From Candidatus Hydrothermales bacterium (lineage in GTDB: Bacteria; Hydrothermota; Hydrothermia; Hydrothermales; JAJRUZ01), in assembly GCA_039630575.1 (NCBI GenBank), contig JBCNUW010000027.1, positions 275 to 21,213 of the forward strand: a DNA stretch of 20,939 nt. Reading direction: 5' to 3'. This document shows, piece after piece, positions 1-7,791 of this stretch. How positions within the stretch are numbered: position 1 is the stretch's first letter; the number at the start of each line of letters is the position of its first letter. The translations under genes were made by a program, and so were the position numbers. The notes below the pieces were generated by a model. That model had not been told where the DNA came from, did no database searches, and worked only from the letters and a program-made list of their open reading frames with translations.

Positions 1-431
1 TCAATTCCAGGGTAAATATCTTTTATCTTTATTTTTTCATAAGTTATAACTCCGATAATTCCATCTGGATTAGAGGGTAAGTAGTAATTTGAGTATCCAG
101 GTAAGGGATTGTGGTACTCTATATTTTCTTTTTTTATGCTTGAACCAATAAGTTCAATATCAATCCTTGCATATTGTATGTTAGTGTTTGATGGTTTATA
201 GATTACATAGCTTACTCCCTTTTTTGTTATGAATATTCCGTATCCTTTGAGTTTTGTTTTTAGAAGGACATCATGAATGGGTTTTCCTTCAAAATCTTGG
301 ATTTGTCCTATGTTCTTTTCAAAGCCTATATAATTGTTTATCCATTTCTCAATAGTTTCAGATTCATAACTTTTTAAAGTACATAGTCCTGATATCTGTG
401 AGAATAATAAAATTTTTATTATTTTTTTCAT
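1..431 (-). CDS. Secreted/surface protein, N-terminal part only (runs off window); resembles the N-terminal domain of SBBP beta-propeller-repeat proteins (DUF7948-like)
   Basis: Translated by hand: ATG at 431, open to the window edge. MKKIIKILLFSQISGLCTLKS (signal-peptide-like), then GFEKNIGQ, LPGYSNYY and KIKDIYPGI, motifs I recognise from SBBP-repeat protein N-termini. Strong SD AGGAGGT at 443-437. Not in the ORF track because the stop is outside the window. Confidence 0.75.
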   Translation of the reverse strand, partial: MKKIIKILLFSQISGLCTLKSYESETIEKWINNYIGFEKNIGQIQDFEGKPIHDVLLKTKLKGYGIFITKKGVSYVIYKPSNTNIQYARIDIELIGSSIKKENIEYHNPLPGYSNYYLPSNPDGIIGVITYEKIKIKDIYPGI

Positions 432-451
432 AAAAGACCTCCTTTTTAAAA

Positions 452-480
452 ATTATAATGAAAAAAAATAATTTTGTCAA
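452..480 (-). promoter_or_regulatory. Consensus sigma70-type promoter TTGACA-N17-TATAAT
   Basis: Plus-strand tgtcaa at 475-480 and attata at 452-457 read TTGACA and TATAAT on minus, with an exact 17-nt spacer, just upstream of the SD and ATG (431). Confidence 0.85.
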
Positions 481-518
481 AATTTTTAGAGGATATAAAT
501 AGACGATACATTTAAAGT

Positions 519-2633
519 TTAAAGGAAGTCGTAGGGGTTTAAATCAATTTTTATTTTTAGTTTTTCTGGGATTTGATTTAGGATTTTTTTAAAATCGTTT
601 TCATCTTTTACCTTAATTAGTAATCTGTTTCTGTATAATCCTTTCAGTTTAATTATTGGGGGTGAAACAGGTCCTAAAATTTCAACTTTAAGGTTACTTT
701 CTTTTAATTTATTTTTTATGAAATTTAAAATCTCTTCTCCATCTTCATTTATCTTAGTGTTTGACTCTATAATAACTAATCTTGAAAAAGGCGGGTAATT
801 CAGCTTTTCTCTTTCTCTGAGTTCTTCCTCGTAGAATCCTATTATGTCCAAATTTAAAATCTTTTCATAGATTTTATCTTCTGGAAAATAAGTTTGGATG
901 ATGGTTTTCCCCTCTTTTCTTACTCTTCCTATAAGTTGAGTTAATCTTTGAAACATTTTTTCTTTTGATCTAAAATCAGGAAAGTTTATCTCTTGGTCAG
1001 CATAAAGAACAGAAGCAAGACCAACTTGAGGGTTATCTAAACCCTTAATTATCATTTTTGTTCCTATTAATATATCAATTTCACCTTTTATAAAACTTTC
1101 AAAGACTTCAAAAACTTTTTTTCTTCCTGAGATGGCCTCTTTATCCATTCTCTTTATGTTTCTTTCTGGAAAGAGTTTTTTCAGTTCAATTTCAATTTTT
1201 TCAGTTCCATAGGAAGATGTTTTAAAATTATTTGATTTACAGGATGGACACTTTAACGGAGGTTCTTCTTTCCAGCCACAGTAATGGCATAAAAGTAAAT
1301 TTCTATTTTTATAAAGTGTTAAAGATATTGAACAGTTGATACATATTGGAGTATATCCACAGTTTTTGCATTGAATGAAGTGAGCAAATCCTCTTTTATT
1401 TAGAAAAAGAATTACCTTTTTATTTTTTTTTAAAACATCTTCTATACTTTCTAACAGTCTTCCACTTAAATAAAATCTAACAGGTTCATCCCTTAGGGAG
1501 ACTATCTCAACATCAGGATTTTTGTAACCTGAAATCCTATTTGGGATAAAGAAGTATTTTCCTTTTTTATTTGAGCTATAATATGTCTCAAGTGATGGCG
1601 TTGCGGTTCCAAAGATTAAAGGGACTTTTTCTATTTCAGATCTTTTTATAAGAATATCTCTAACATGATAAAAAGGCTCTCTTTCTTTTTCTTTATAACT
1701 TTCCTCTTGTTCTTCATCTACAATTACTACACCGAGATTTTTAAAAGGTAAAAAGACTGACGATCTTGCTCCAAGAACAACACATGGTTCTTCACTTAAA
1801 GTATTTAAAAGCACATTCCATTTTTCTTCTGATTTCAATATAAAGGAATATAAGAAAAGCTTATATTTTTCAAAGATAAAATATGGGGCTATCTGAGGAA
1901 AAAGAGAAATTTCAGGAACAAGAACAAGAGCTTTTTTTCCTTTATAAAGAAAGTTTTTTACAATTTCTCTATAAATAAAAGTTTTACCACTGCCTGTTAC
2001 TCCATGTATCAAAAAAAATTTTTTATTTTTTTCATTTAATATTTCGTTTATTATATTCTTTTGTGTTTCAGTTGGTTCACGAGGAATTTCTATTTTAGCG
2101 AGTCTAAAATTAAAATCTTTTTCCCTTTTCTTTTCTGCTGAAAAAATTTTTTTTATTACTCCCTTTTTCTCGAGATTTATCAGATTATAAATAACTCCTT
2201 TTGAAAATTCTTTTATTAGTTTTTTTCGTGATACTTTTTTTTTCTCTTTTATATATTTAAGTATTACACTTTCTTTTTTTGATAGATTTTCTAAATCTTT
2301 CAAATAAACATAATATTCCTTTTCAATTAAGCTAAGGGAAGCTGGAATAAAAAACTGCAAAGTTTTATCATAAGATGTTTTATAATACTCTTTAAACCAT
2401 AATATAAGATCAAGAGTTTCTAAAGGGAAATCTAAACCTAAATAGTCTTTCTCACCAATTTCTAATATTTTTTCTTCAGATAAAGGTTTATTTTCCCTTT
2501 TATCTATACAGATACCCACTCTTCTTTTGTTTCTTACTTTTAAATAAAAAAGAGAGCCCTTTTTGATGTCAATTTCACTTTTATAAGTAAGAGTTCCAGG
2601 TATGCCTGTTACAAGAAAGTCATAAAAAAACAT
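519..2633 (-). CDS. priA: Primosomal protein N' (replication restart helicase)
   Basis: Walker A GVTGSGKT, LVPEISL, GARS, DEEQ (DEEH-like) box, GTATPSLE, LFLNKRGF, eight-Cys zinc region (CKNC, CINC, CHYC, CPSC), GTEKIE, YPPF, LGP. Confidence 0.95.
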   Translation of the reverse strand: MFFYDFLVTGIPGTLTYKSEIDIKKGSLFYLKVRNKRRVGICIDKRENKPLSEEKILEIGEKDYLGLDFPLETLDLILWFKEYYKTSYDKTLQFFIPASLSLIEKEYYVYLKDLENLSKKESVILKYIKEKKKVSRKKLIKEFSKGVIYNLINLEKKGVIKKIFSAEKKREKDFNFRLAKIEIPREPTETQKNIINEILNEKNKKFFLIHGVTGSGKTFIYREIVKNFLYKGKKALVLVPEISLFPQIAPYFIFEKYKLFLYSFILKSEEKWNVLLNTLSEEPCVVLGARSSVFLPFKNLGVVIVDEEQEESYKEKEREPFYHVRDILIKRSEIEKVPLIFGTATPSLETYYSSNKKGKYFFIPNRISGYKNPDVEIVSLRDEPVRFYLSGRLLESIEDVLKKNKKVILFLNKRGFAHFIQCKNCGYTPICINCSISLTLYKNRNLLLCHYCGWKEEPPLKCPSCKSNNFKTSSYGTEKIEIELKKLFPERNIKRMDKEAISGRKKVFEVFESFIKGEIDILIGTKMIIKGLDNPQVGLASVLYADQEINFPDFRSKEKMFQRLTQLIGRVRKEGKTIIQTYFPEDKIYEKILNLDIIGFYEEELREREKLNYPPFSRLVIIESNTKINEDGEEILNFIKNKLKESNLKVEILGPVSPPIIKLKGLYRNRLLIKVKDENDFKKILNQIPEKLKIKIDLNPYDFL

Positions 2634-2642
2634 CTAAAGATT

Positions 2643-3134
2643 TCAGATTCTTATCACTTCAATTTCAAAATTGTTTCCGTTTATTTTAATTAAACCGAAG
2701 GTATTTATAATCGAGAAGATTTTATCAGTAGCTGATCCAGGATTAAAAAGGTGTGTATTTCCAATTTTTTTATTAAAAACCCTATGAGAATGTCCAAAAA
2801 TAATTAGGTCTAAATTTTCGTTTTGAAACTTTTTTAATACCCTATTTTCAATTCCAAATGGTGCTCCAGTTCCGTGAAAGAGTCCTATTTTTAAATTTTC
2901 AATTTCAAAAATTTTTATTTCAGGTAAAAGGTTAAAAAGTGAGGGTTCATCCATATTTCCGTGAACAGCATGAATAAAAAAATTTTTTTCTAAAAAAAGG
3001 TAAAAGTCCTGACAGACGAAATCTCCGGCATGAATTAAACCATCTGACTTTTCTATTTCTTTTAATACTTTAGAGGGGAGTTCCTTTGCTCTCTTAGGTA
3101 TGTGGGTATCAGAGAGAATAACAAATTTTTTCAC
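2643..3134 (-). CDS. YfcE/MJ0936/Vps29-family metallophosphoesterase
   Basis: Motifs SDTH, HAGD, GNMD, HG, GHSH, NPGS; GTG start overlaps the upstream stop (GTGA). Confidence 0.9.
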   Translation of the reverse strand: MKKFVILSDTHIPKRAKELPSKVLKEIEKSDGLIHAGDFVCQDFYLFLEKNFFIHAVHGNMDEPSLFNLLPEIKIFEIENLKIGLFHGTGAPFGIENRVLKKFQNENLDLIIFGHSHRVFNKKIGNTHLFNPGSATDKIFSIINTFGLIKINGNNFEIEVIRI

Positions 3135-3223
3135 TTTTTCTTTTTATGTCTCATCTTTTTTCTTCTTTTTTTTAATTTGTGTCTTTTAATTTTTTTTAAT
3201 TTTCTTTTTCTTCCGCAGGGCAT
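3131..3223 (-). CDS. Small basic 30S ribosomal protein, bS22/mS38 (AURKAIP1/COX24-domain) family, 30 aa
   Basis: Translated by hand: MPCGRKRKLKKIKRHKLKKRRKKMRHKKKK*. Fits the MPxGxKRKxxKxxxHKxKKRxxxxRHKKK pattern of Bacteroidota-type bS22. Its TGA overlaps the GTG of the next gene. Below the ORF-track size cutoff. Confidence 0.85.
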   Translation of the reverse strand: MPCGRKRKLKKIKRHKLKKRRKKMRHKKKK

Positions 3224-3241
3224 AACTTATTTTTTATTTTT

Positions 3242-3260
3242 AAAAGGATTTGAACCTTTT
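3242..3260 (-). repeat. T-arm-like hairpin copy 1: AAAAGG-TTCAAAT-CCTTTT
   Basis: 6-bp inverted repeat with a 7-nt TTCAAAT loop starting at the HU stop codon; core GGTTCAAATCC at 3256-3246. Confidence 0.7.
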
Positions 3261-3529
3261 TAATCCTTTATTTTCATTTTTGGTGATGGTTCAAAAATTA
3301 CTTTCCACTGGGCAGGTATAGAAATTTTTTCTCTTGTTGTAAAATTTCTTCCTGTTCTATTTTTTCTCCATTTAACTTTAAATATTCCAAATCCCTTCAG
3401 GGATACCTTCTCTTTTGATTCAATAGAATTTTTTAATATTTCAATAAATTTTTCAACAATTATTTTTACATCCTTTCTCGGAATACCTGTTTCTTTGTGT
3501 ATTCTTTGTATTAATATATGTTTTGTCAT
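3260..3529 (-). CDS. HU/IHF-family DNA-binding protein
   Basis: MTK start, KVSLKGFGIF, RTGRNFTTREKISIPA, FEPS; 89 aa. Confidence 0.92.
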   Translation of the reverse strand: MTKHILIQRIHKETGIPRKDVKIIVEKFIEILKNSIESKEKVSLKGFGIFKVKWRKNRTGRNFTTREKISIPAQWKVIFEPSPKMKIKD

Positions 3530-3551
3530 CAGCTCTAAATCCTTTTATTTA

Positions 3552-3562
3552 GGGTTTGAACC
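3552..3562 (-). repeat. T-arm-like motif copy 2: GGTTCAAACCC
   Basis: Same 11-mer core in the GGDEF-HU intergenic gap, with only a 2-bp stem. Followed by a separate small inverted repeat CTAAAT-AAAAGG-ATTTAG covering the likely HU SD. Confidence 0.6.
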
Positions 3563-3597
3563 ATTATAATATAATTCTTAAAATTATGTTTTTTCAA
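3563..3597 (-). promoter_or_regulatory. Possible internal promoter for HU-bS22-yfcE-priA
   Basis: TTGAAA (3597-3592)-N18-TATATT (3573-3568), plus an overlapping TATAAT (3568-3563). The AT-rich background makes chance matches plausible. Confidence 0.4.
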
Positions 3598-4525
3598 CTG
3601 ACGGTATAGAATAAACATAATTTTTGCCCTTCTTTTTTGCTTCAAAAAGAGCCTTATCTGCAATAACAAGTAATTTTTCAGGTTTATCAGTTGATTTTGG
3701 AAAACTTGATACACCAAAACTTGCTTTTATATTAAAATTAAGATTTTCTTTTATTTTTATACTATGTTCTTCTAATTCTTTTCTTATAGTGTTTGCTATT
3801 ATTACTCCTTCTTCCAATGTGGTTTTAGGGAATAAAAAGGCAAATTCGTCACCACCGTATCTTGAAATTACCGCATAGGAGTAATCAGTTAAAAGAAAAA
3901 AATTCTTTAGAAATTCACCTACCTTTTGTAAAACTTTACCTCCAACAAAGTGACCATGAATGTCGTTTATCTCTTTAAAATTGTCAAGATCCATAATAAT
4001 TACCGTTACTGGATAGTTGTTTTTATCACTCAAGAATTTTCTAAGTGAAACAAGAAAGTATTTTGAATTAGAAAGTTCAGTTAAATCATCTTTTGTAACA
4101 AGCTCTTCTACTTTTTCTTGGAATTCTATTAACTCAATTAAAAGAGAGATTACATAAAAATATAAAATTTCATCTTCACATAGAGATTTACTTAATGTTC
4201 CAATAAAACCAATTGCTTTGTCGTAGCTGAAAAAGGGGAAAATAATCGCGTTCTCCAATTCATCTATAATCAAAGAAGAATGATAATAAGATTCTTTAAA
4301 AGGAATATCTCTGTAGTTTATTTCCTCAGGTAAAAAATTTTTTTCAACATTAGATGATTCAATCAACACATATTTATTTTTGATTTTTTTGTAAAGAAAG
4401 AAGGATGTTTTATTTGAAGATATTAATTCTTTAAGTACCATTTTGGTTTTATTTCTGTCCCATAAGTAATTAAGCACATAAGGAAGGTTAGAAATTAAAA
4501 TTTTAATTCTATCGTTTTCCACCAT
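3584..4525 (-). CDS. GGDEF-domain dinucleotide cyclase with a degenerate GAF-like N-terminus; atypical (Hypr-like) nucleobase pocket
   Basis: DDLT..N, MDLDNFKEIND.HGHFVGG (Gly where Asp is canonical), RYGGDEF, ASFGV, ADKALFEAKKKGKN; no RxxD I-site. N-terminal AIIFPF..DKAIGFI is GAF-like. Confidence 0.9.
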   Translation of the reverse strand: MVENDRIKILISNLPYVLNYLWDRNKTKMVLKELISSNKTSFFLYKKIKNKYVLIESSNVEKNFLPEEINYRDIPFKESYYHSSLIIDELENAIIFPFFSYDKAIGFIGTLSKSLCEDEILYFYVISLLIELIEFQEKVEELVTKDDLTELSNSKYFLVSLRKFLSDKNNYPVTVIIMDLDNFKEINDIHGHFVGGKVLQKVGEFLKNFFLLTDYSYAVISRYGGDEFAFLFPKTTLEEGVIIANTIRKELEEHSIKIKENLNFNIKASFGVSSFPKSTDKPEKLLVIADKALFEAKKKGKNYVYSIPSVEKT

Positions 4526-6593
4526 AGATTGGTATCACCTTTTTATTGTTCACAACAAAAAAATCATCAATTAATTCTATATTTTCAAGTTTTTCAAATT
4601 TTAACATTTTATCTTTATTAAGCTCTTCAAGTTCTAAATATCCGATGTATGAAATTGTAAAATTCTTATTTTTTATTTTAAAGGTTTTACAGTTTAAAAG
4701 TAAATCTTTTAGATTTTTTTCTTTTACTTCTTCCTCTATTTCAATAATATTTGAATTTATAATAAGATTAGTTAGACTACCTATATCAAGTAGAATAGTA
4801 GAAGAGTCGGGAAGTTTAACTTCAGAGAGTATATACGCTAAATTAGGTATAGGACCTTGAATGTCGAAGTCTCCAAAGGAGTTGAAAGAAAGGTATATAT
4901 CCTTTTCTAATTTACCAGAGAATATTCCAATACCAAGTCTAAAGAGACTTTTTAAAGGGATATCTTTTCCTAAAACATCCGGAAAGAATCCCCTATATTC
5001 AGGATAATGTTTTCTTATGAATTCCTCAGACTTTTCCAGTAATTCAATTGCACATAGTATTGCTCTTTCAGTAGCTTTTTCCTCTGGTTTAATTAGTAGT
5101 TGATCTGAAATTGCTTTTTGAAATCTCATCTTATGACCACTTAAAATAGTTTCCTCAAAAATTTCCTTATATAGTTTGTTTGAATTTTCTGCAAAAAAGG
5201 AAATTCCACCGTCACCTGTTTCTTTTACAGGAAAACCTCCATAGGAGGAAATGGAATTCTTTATTACTTCTTGAAATTTTTTCTTTATAGATAGTTCCTT
5301 TTGCGCATTAAAAAGAGCAATTGACATAAAGGTTGATCCTCTTATATCGTAAACAAGAACAGAAATGACTTGTTTGTTTTTATTTATGAAGTCCTTTAAT
5401 TTTTGTGGCTCGTCAATTTTTACTTTTATTCTTTTTAAATTATTTAATTTTATATATCCCCCCTTTGGAACTAAGGAGAAATAGATGAATTGGCTATTTC
5501 TTTTTTCATCTTCATAGAGATCTTCGTAGGGTTTTACAAAAATTTTTCTTTCTAAAAGTTTTAGTTCAAAAAGCTTACTTAAAGTCTCTTTTATAAACTG
5601 AACATTTTTTAAATAAAAATCTAAAATTTTGATGTCTACTCCCAAAATTTTTCTCTCAAGAAAATTCTCAAAATAAGGTGAACTTTCACCCTTAAAAATT
5701 TTATAACCCTCAGCAAAGATAAATTTTAAGTCTTTTTCAATATCGTTAAAATTAAGATTTAATTTTTCATAAGTTTTGTATAATTTTAAAACATAAAATA
5801 TGTGATTTTCAGGTAAAATATTAACAACAATTTTTCTTTTTTCACTTTGAATAGTTTTTTCTTTTAAAGTTACACCTACAAATCTTAATATTTTTGTAAA
5901 TTCTCTGCTTAATTTATCAGCAATTTCTGTATTTTTTTCCTTCAAAATTTCTTCCCTTACTTCCTTTATTTTTTCATCAAAGAATTTAAGTATTTCTTTT
6001 TTTATTTCCTCTGAGTTTTCTAATTTTTGTATTTTATTCTTACTTTCTTCTAATAATTTGTAAATTCTTGGATTCCATTTTGTCATTTTTTTATAAATTT
6101 CCTTTTCAGTTTCGTTAAATTTTTCCATAAGTTTAAATCTATGAAGTTCAAAAATTAAAAAAGTAATAAAAATAGTAAAAAGGTTTATAGAAAGATCCTC
6201 TTTGTTGAGTATTTCACCTACTGAGGTAATGTCCAGGAACTCAAAATTAGGATTAACCTCTAAAAAATTATCCCATTTAGTTTCGAATTTTTTTTTATTG
6301 CTATAGACTTTTCTTGATATTTTGAAAAAAAGCAAATCAATTATTTCTCTGTATAATCCCTTTAAATCTTTTTTGTATTCTTGATATATTTTCTTTAAGT
6401 TTTCAAAATCTTTTAAGTTTTCAAGGTCAAAAATTATTGCTGGTGTTCTGAATTCCTTTTGAAATTCAGTAATTAAATTTTTACATTCTTCAGATAAAAC
6501 CTCAGAAACATAATTTTCAAGGTCTTCAATAAATTTTAGTGGTTTTAAAAGAGAATAGGAGTAAATTATGGATTCAATTAATCCCTGTTCCAA
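4509..6593 (-). CDS. Large protein with a C-terminal class III adenylate/guanylate cyclase-like domain and a ~400-aa helical N-terminal region
   Basis: VLVYDIRGST (D416), GGFPVKETGDG (K457, D461), A..AILCA, RLGIGIFSG, FDIQGPIPNLAYIL (D577, N584, Ile at the usual Arg). TTG start 7 nt after pilT. Confidence 0.75.
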   Translation of the reverse strand: MEQGLIESIIYSYSLLKPLKFIEDLENYVSEVLSEECKNLITEFQKEFRTPAIIFDLENLKDFENLKKIYQEYKKDLKGLYREIIDLLFFKISRKVYSNKKKFETKWDNFLEVNPNFEFLDITSVGEILNKEDLSINLFTIFITFLIFELHRFKLMEKFNETEKEIYKKMTKWNPRIYKLLEESKNKIQKLENSEEIKKEILKFFDEKIKEVREEILKEKNTEIADKLSREFTKILRFVGVTLKEKTIQSEKRKIVVNILPENHIFYVLKLYKTYEKLNLNFNDIEKDLKFIFAEGYKIFKGESSPYFENFLERKILGVDIKILDFYLKNVQFIKETLSKLFELKLLERKIFVKPYEDLYEDEKRNSQFIYFSLVPKGGYIKLNNLKRIKVKIDEPQKLKDFINKNKQVISVLVYDIRGSTFMSIALFNAQKELSIKKKFQEVIKNSISSYGGFPVKETGDGGISFFAENSNKLYKEIFEETILSGHKMRFQKAISDQLLIKPEEKATERAILCAIELLEKSEEFIRKHYPEYRGFFPDVLGKDIPLKSLFRLGIGIFSGKLEKDIYLSFNSFGDFDIQGPIPNLAYILSEVKLPDSSTILLDIGSLTNLIINSNIIEIEEEVKEKNLKDLLLNCKTFKIKNKNFTISYIGYLELEELNKDKMLKFEKLENIELIDDFFVVNNKKVIPIYGGKR

Positions 6594-6600
6594 AAATTTT

Positions 6601-7749
6601 CTATCTTGCTGAAGGTAATTTTTCTTTTATCATCTGTTCAAGTTCTTCAGGGTTATGTGAGAAGGATACAGCAGTTTCAAGGGTAATTTTTCTTTCCATG
6701 TAAAGTTTAAAGATTGATTGGTTCATAGTTTGCATTCCATATTTTTGCGATGCTTGGATCACTCCGTAGACCTGATGTAATTTGTTATCCCTTATAAGGG
6801 CTCTTACAGCTGGAGTTGCTATTAGAACCTCACAGGCTAGTACTCTTCCTCCTCCAACTTTTGGTAAAAGAGCCTGGGTTATAACTCCAAGTAGAACAAA
6901 TGCAAGTTGAGCTCTTACTTGTTGCTGTTGATGCGGAGGAAAGACATCAATTATTCTATTTATTGACTCTACAGCTGAGTTTGTATGGAGTGTTGCAAGT
7001 GTAAGGTGTCCTGTTTCGGCTATAGTTAAAGCTGCTGCTATTGTCTCATAATCTCTCATCTCACCAATCATTACAACATCAGGATCCTGCCTTAGTGCAT
7101 ATTTAAGTGCATTCTTAAAACTTTTAGTATCACTTTCTACCTGTCGTTGTGAAATAAGTGCTTTTTTGTTCGCAAAGAGGTATTCTATAGGGTCTTCTAT
7201 TGTTATTATATGGCACCTTCTCTCTGAGTTTATTTTATCTATTATTGCTGCTAAAGTTGTTGATTTTCCGCTACCTGTTGGACCTGTCACAAGTACAAGT
7301 CCCTTGGGTCTTGATGCAAGATCTGCAATTACCGTTGGTATACCAAGTTCTTCAAAACTTCTTATCCTAAAAGGTATTGTTCTTATGGCTATTGATACAG
7401 TTCCTCTCTGCTTATACACATTAGCTCTAAATCTTGAAAGTCCAGAAATTCCAAAAGAAAAATCACATTCCCATTCTTCCTCAAACTTTTTCTTGTGCTC
7501 ATCTCTCATAACTGAATAAGCTAGTGCCTGAGCCTGCTCAGGAGTTACAGGAGGGTAAGAAGAAGGAACAAGAACCCCATCAATCCTGAACATAGGAGGA
7601 GAACCAGCAGAAATATGAAGATCAGTTGAACCTCTCTGAACCATTTCCTGCAAAAGTGAAATCATCTGAACTTTTGTTTTTTTATCCTCTACTTCAGTCT
7701 TTACCTCTGTTTTTTTAAATTCAACCTTTTTTGGATTAGTTTCATCCAT
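6601..7749 (-). CDS. pilT: Type IV pilus retraction ATPase
   Basis: STDLHISAGSPP, GPTGSGKSTT, TIEDPIE, LRQDPD..GEMRD, AETGHL...TLHT, AVRALIRD (AIRNLIRE motif), GMQTM. Confidence 0.96.
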   Translation of the reverse strand: MDETNPKKVEFKKTEVKTEVEDKKTKVQMISLLQEMVQRGSTDLHISAGSPPMFRIDGVLVPSSYPPVTPEQAQALAYSVMRDEHKKKFEEEWECDFSFGISGLSRFRANVYKQRGTVSIAIRTIPFRIRSFEELGIPTVIADLASRPKGLVLVTGPTGSGKSTTLAAIIDKINSERRCHIITIEDPIEYLFANKKALISQRQVESDTKSFKNALKYALRQDPDVVMIGEMRDYETIAAALTIAETGHLTLATLHTNSAVESINRIIDVFPPHQQQQVRAQLAFVLLGVITQALLPKVGGGRVLACEVLIATPAVRALIRDNKLHQVYGVIQASQKYGMQTMNQSIFKLYMERKITLETAVSFSHNPEELEQMIKEKLPSAR

Positions 7750-7764
7750 TTTTAAAAATCTCCC

Positions 7765-7791
7765 TAAAAAGAGGGTTTGAACCTCTCCTTA
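7765..7791 (-). repeat. T-arm-like hairpin copy 3 (terminator/attenuator-like): TAAGGAGAGG-TTCAAAC-CCTCTTTTTA
   Basis: Up to 10-bp stem (2 G-U) with a TTCAAAC loop, starting at the pilB-2 stop. The 3' arm contains a U5 run, and the pilT SD GGGAG (7764-7760) follows directly. Confidence 0.7.

Noticed and set aside
3131..3245. T-rich low-complexity tract as a simple repeat or terminator
   Set aside because: Explained by the Lys/Arg codons of the bS22-like gene and its A-rich leader.
3535..3717. 60-aa minus-strand ORF
   Set aside because: Out-of-frame overlap with the conserved GGDEF C-terminus and no recognisable features.
3584..6593. CBASS/Pycsar-type antiphage system built on the cyclase genes
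   Set aside because: No adjacent TIR, transmembrane, nuclease or cNMP-binding effector was seen. The cyclase has purine (Lys/Asp)-type specificity residues, and the context is core genome, not a defence island.
3224..7791. tRNA genes or prophage att remnants at the GGTTCAAAYCC sites
   Set aside because: The gaps are only 36-54 nt, with no D-arm, anticodon arm, acceptor stem or CCA, and there is no integrase in the window.
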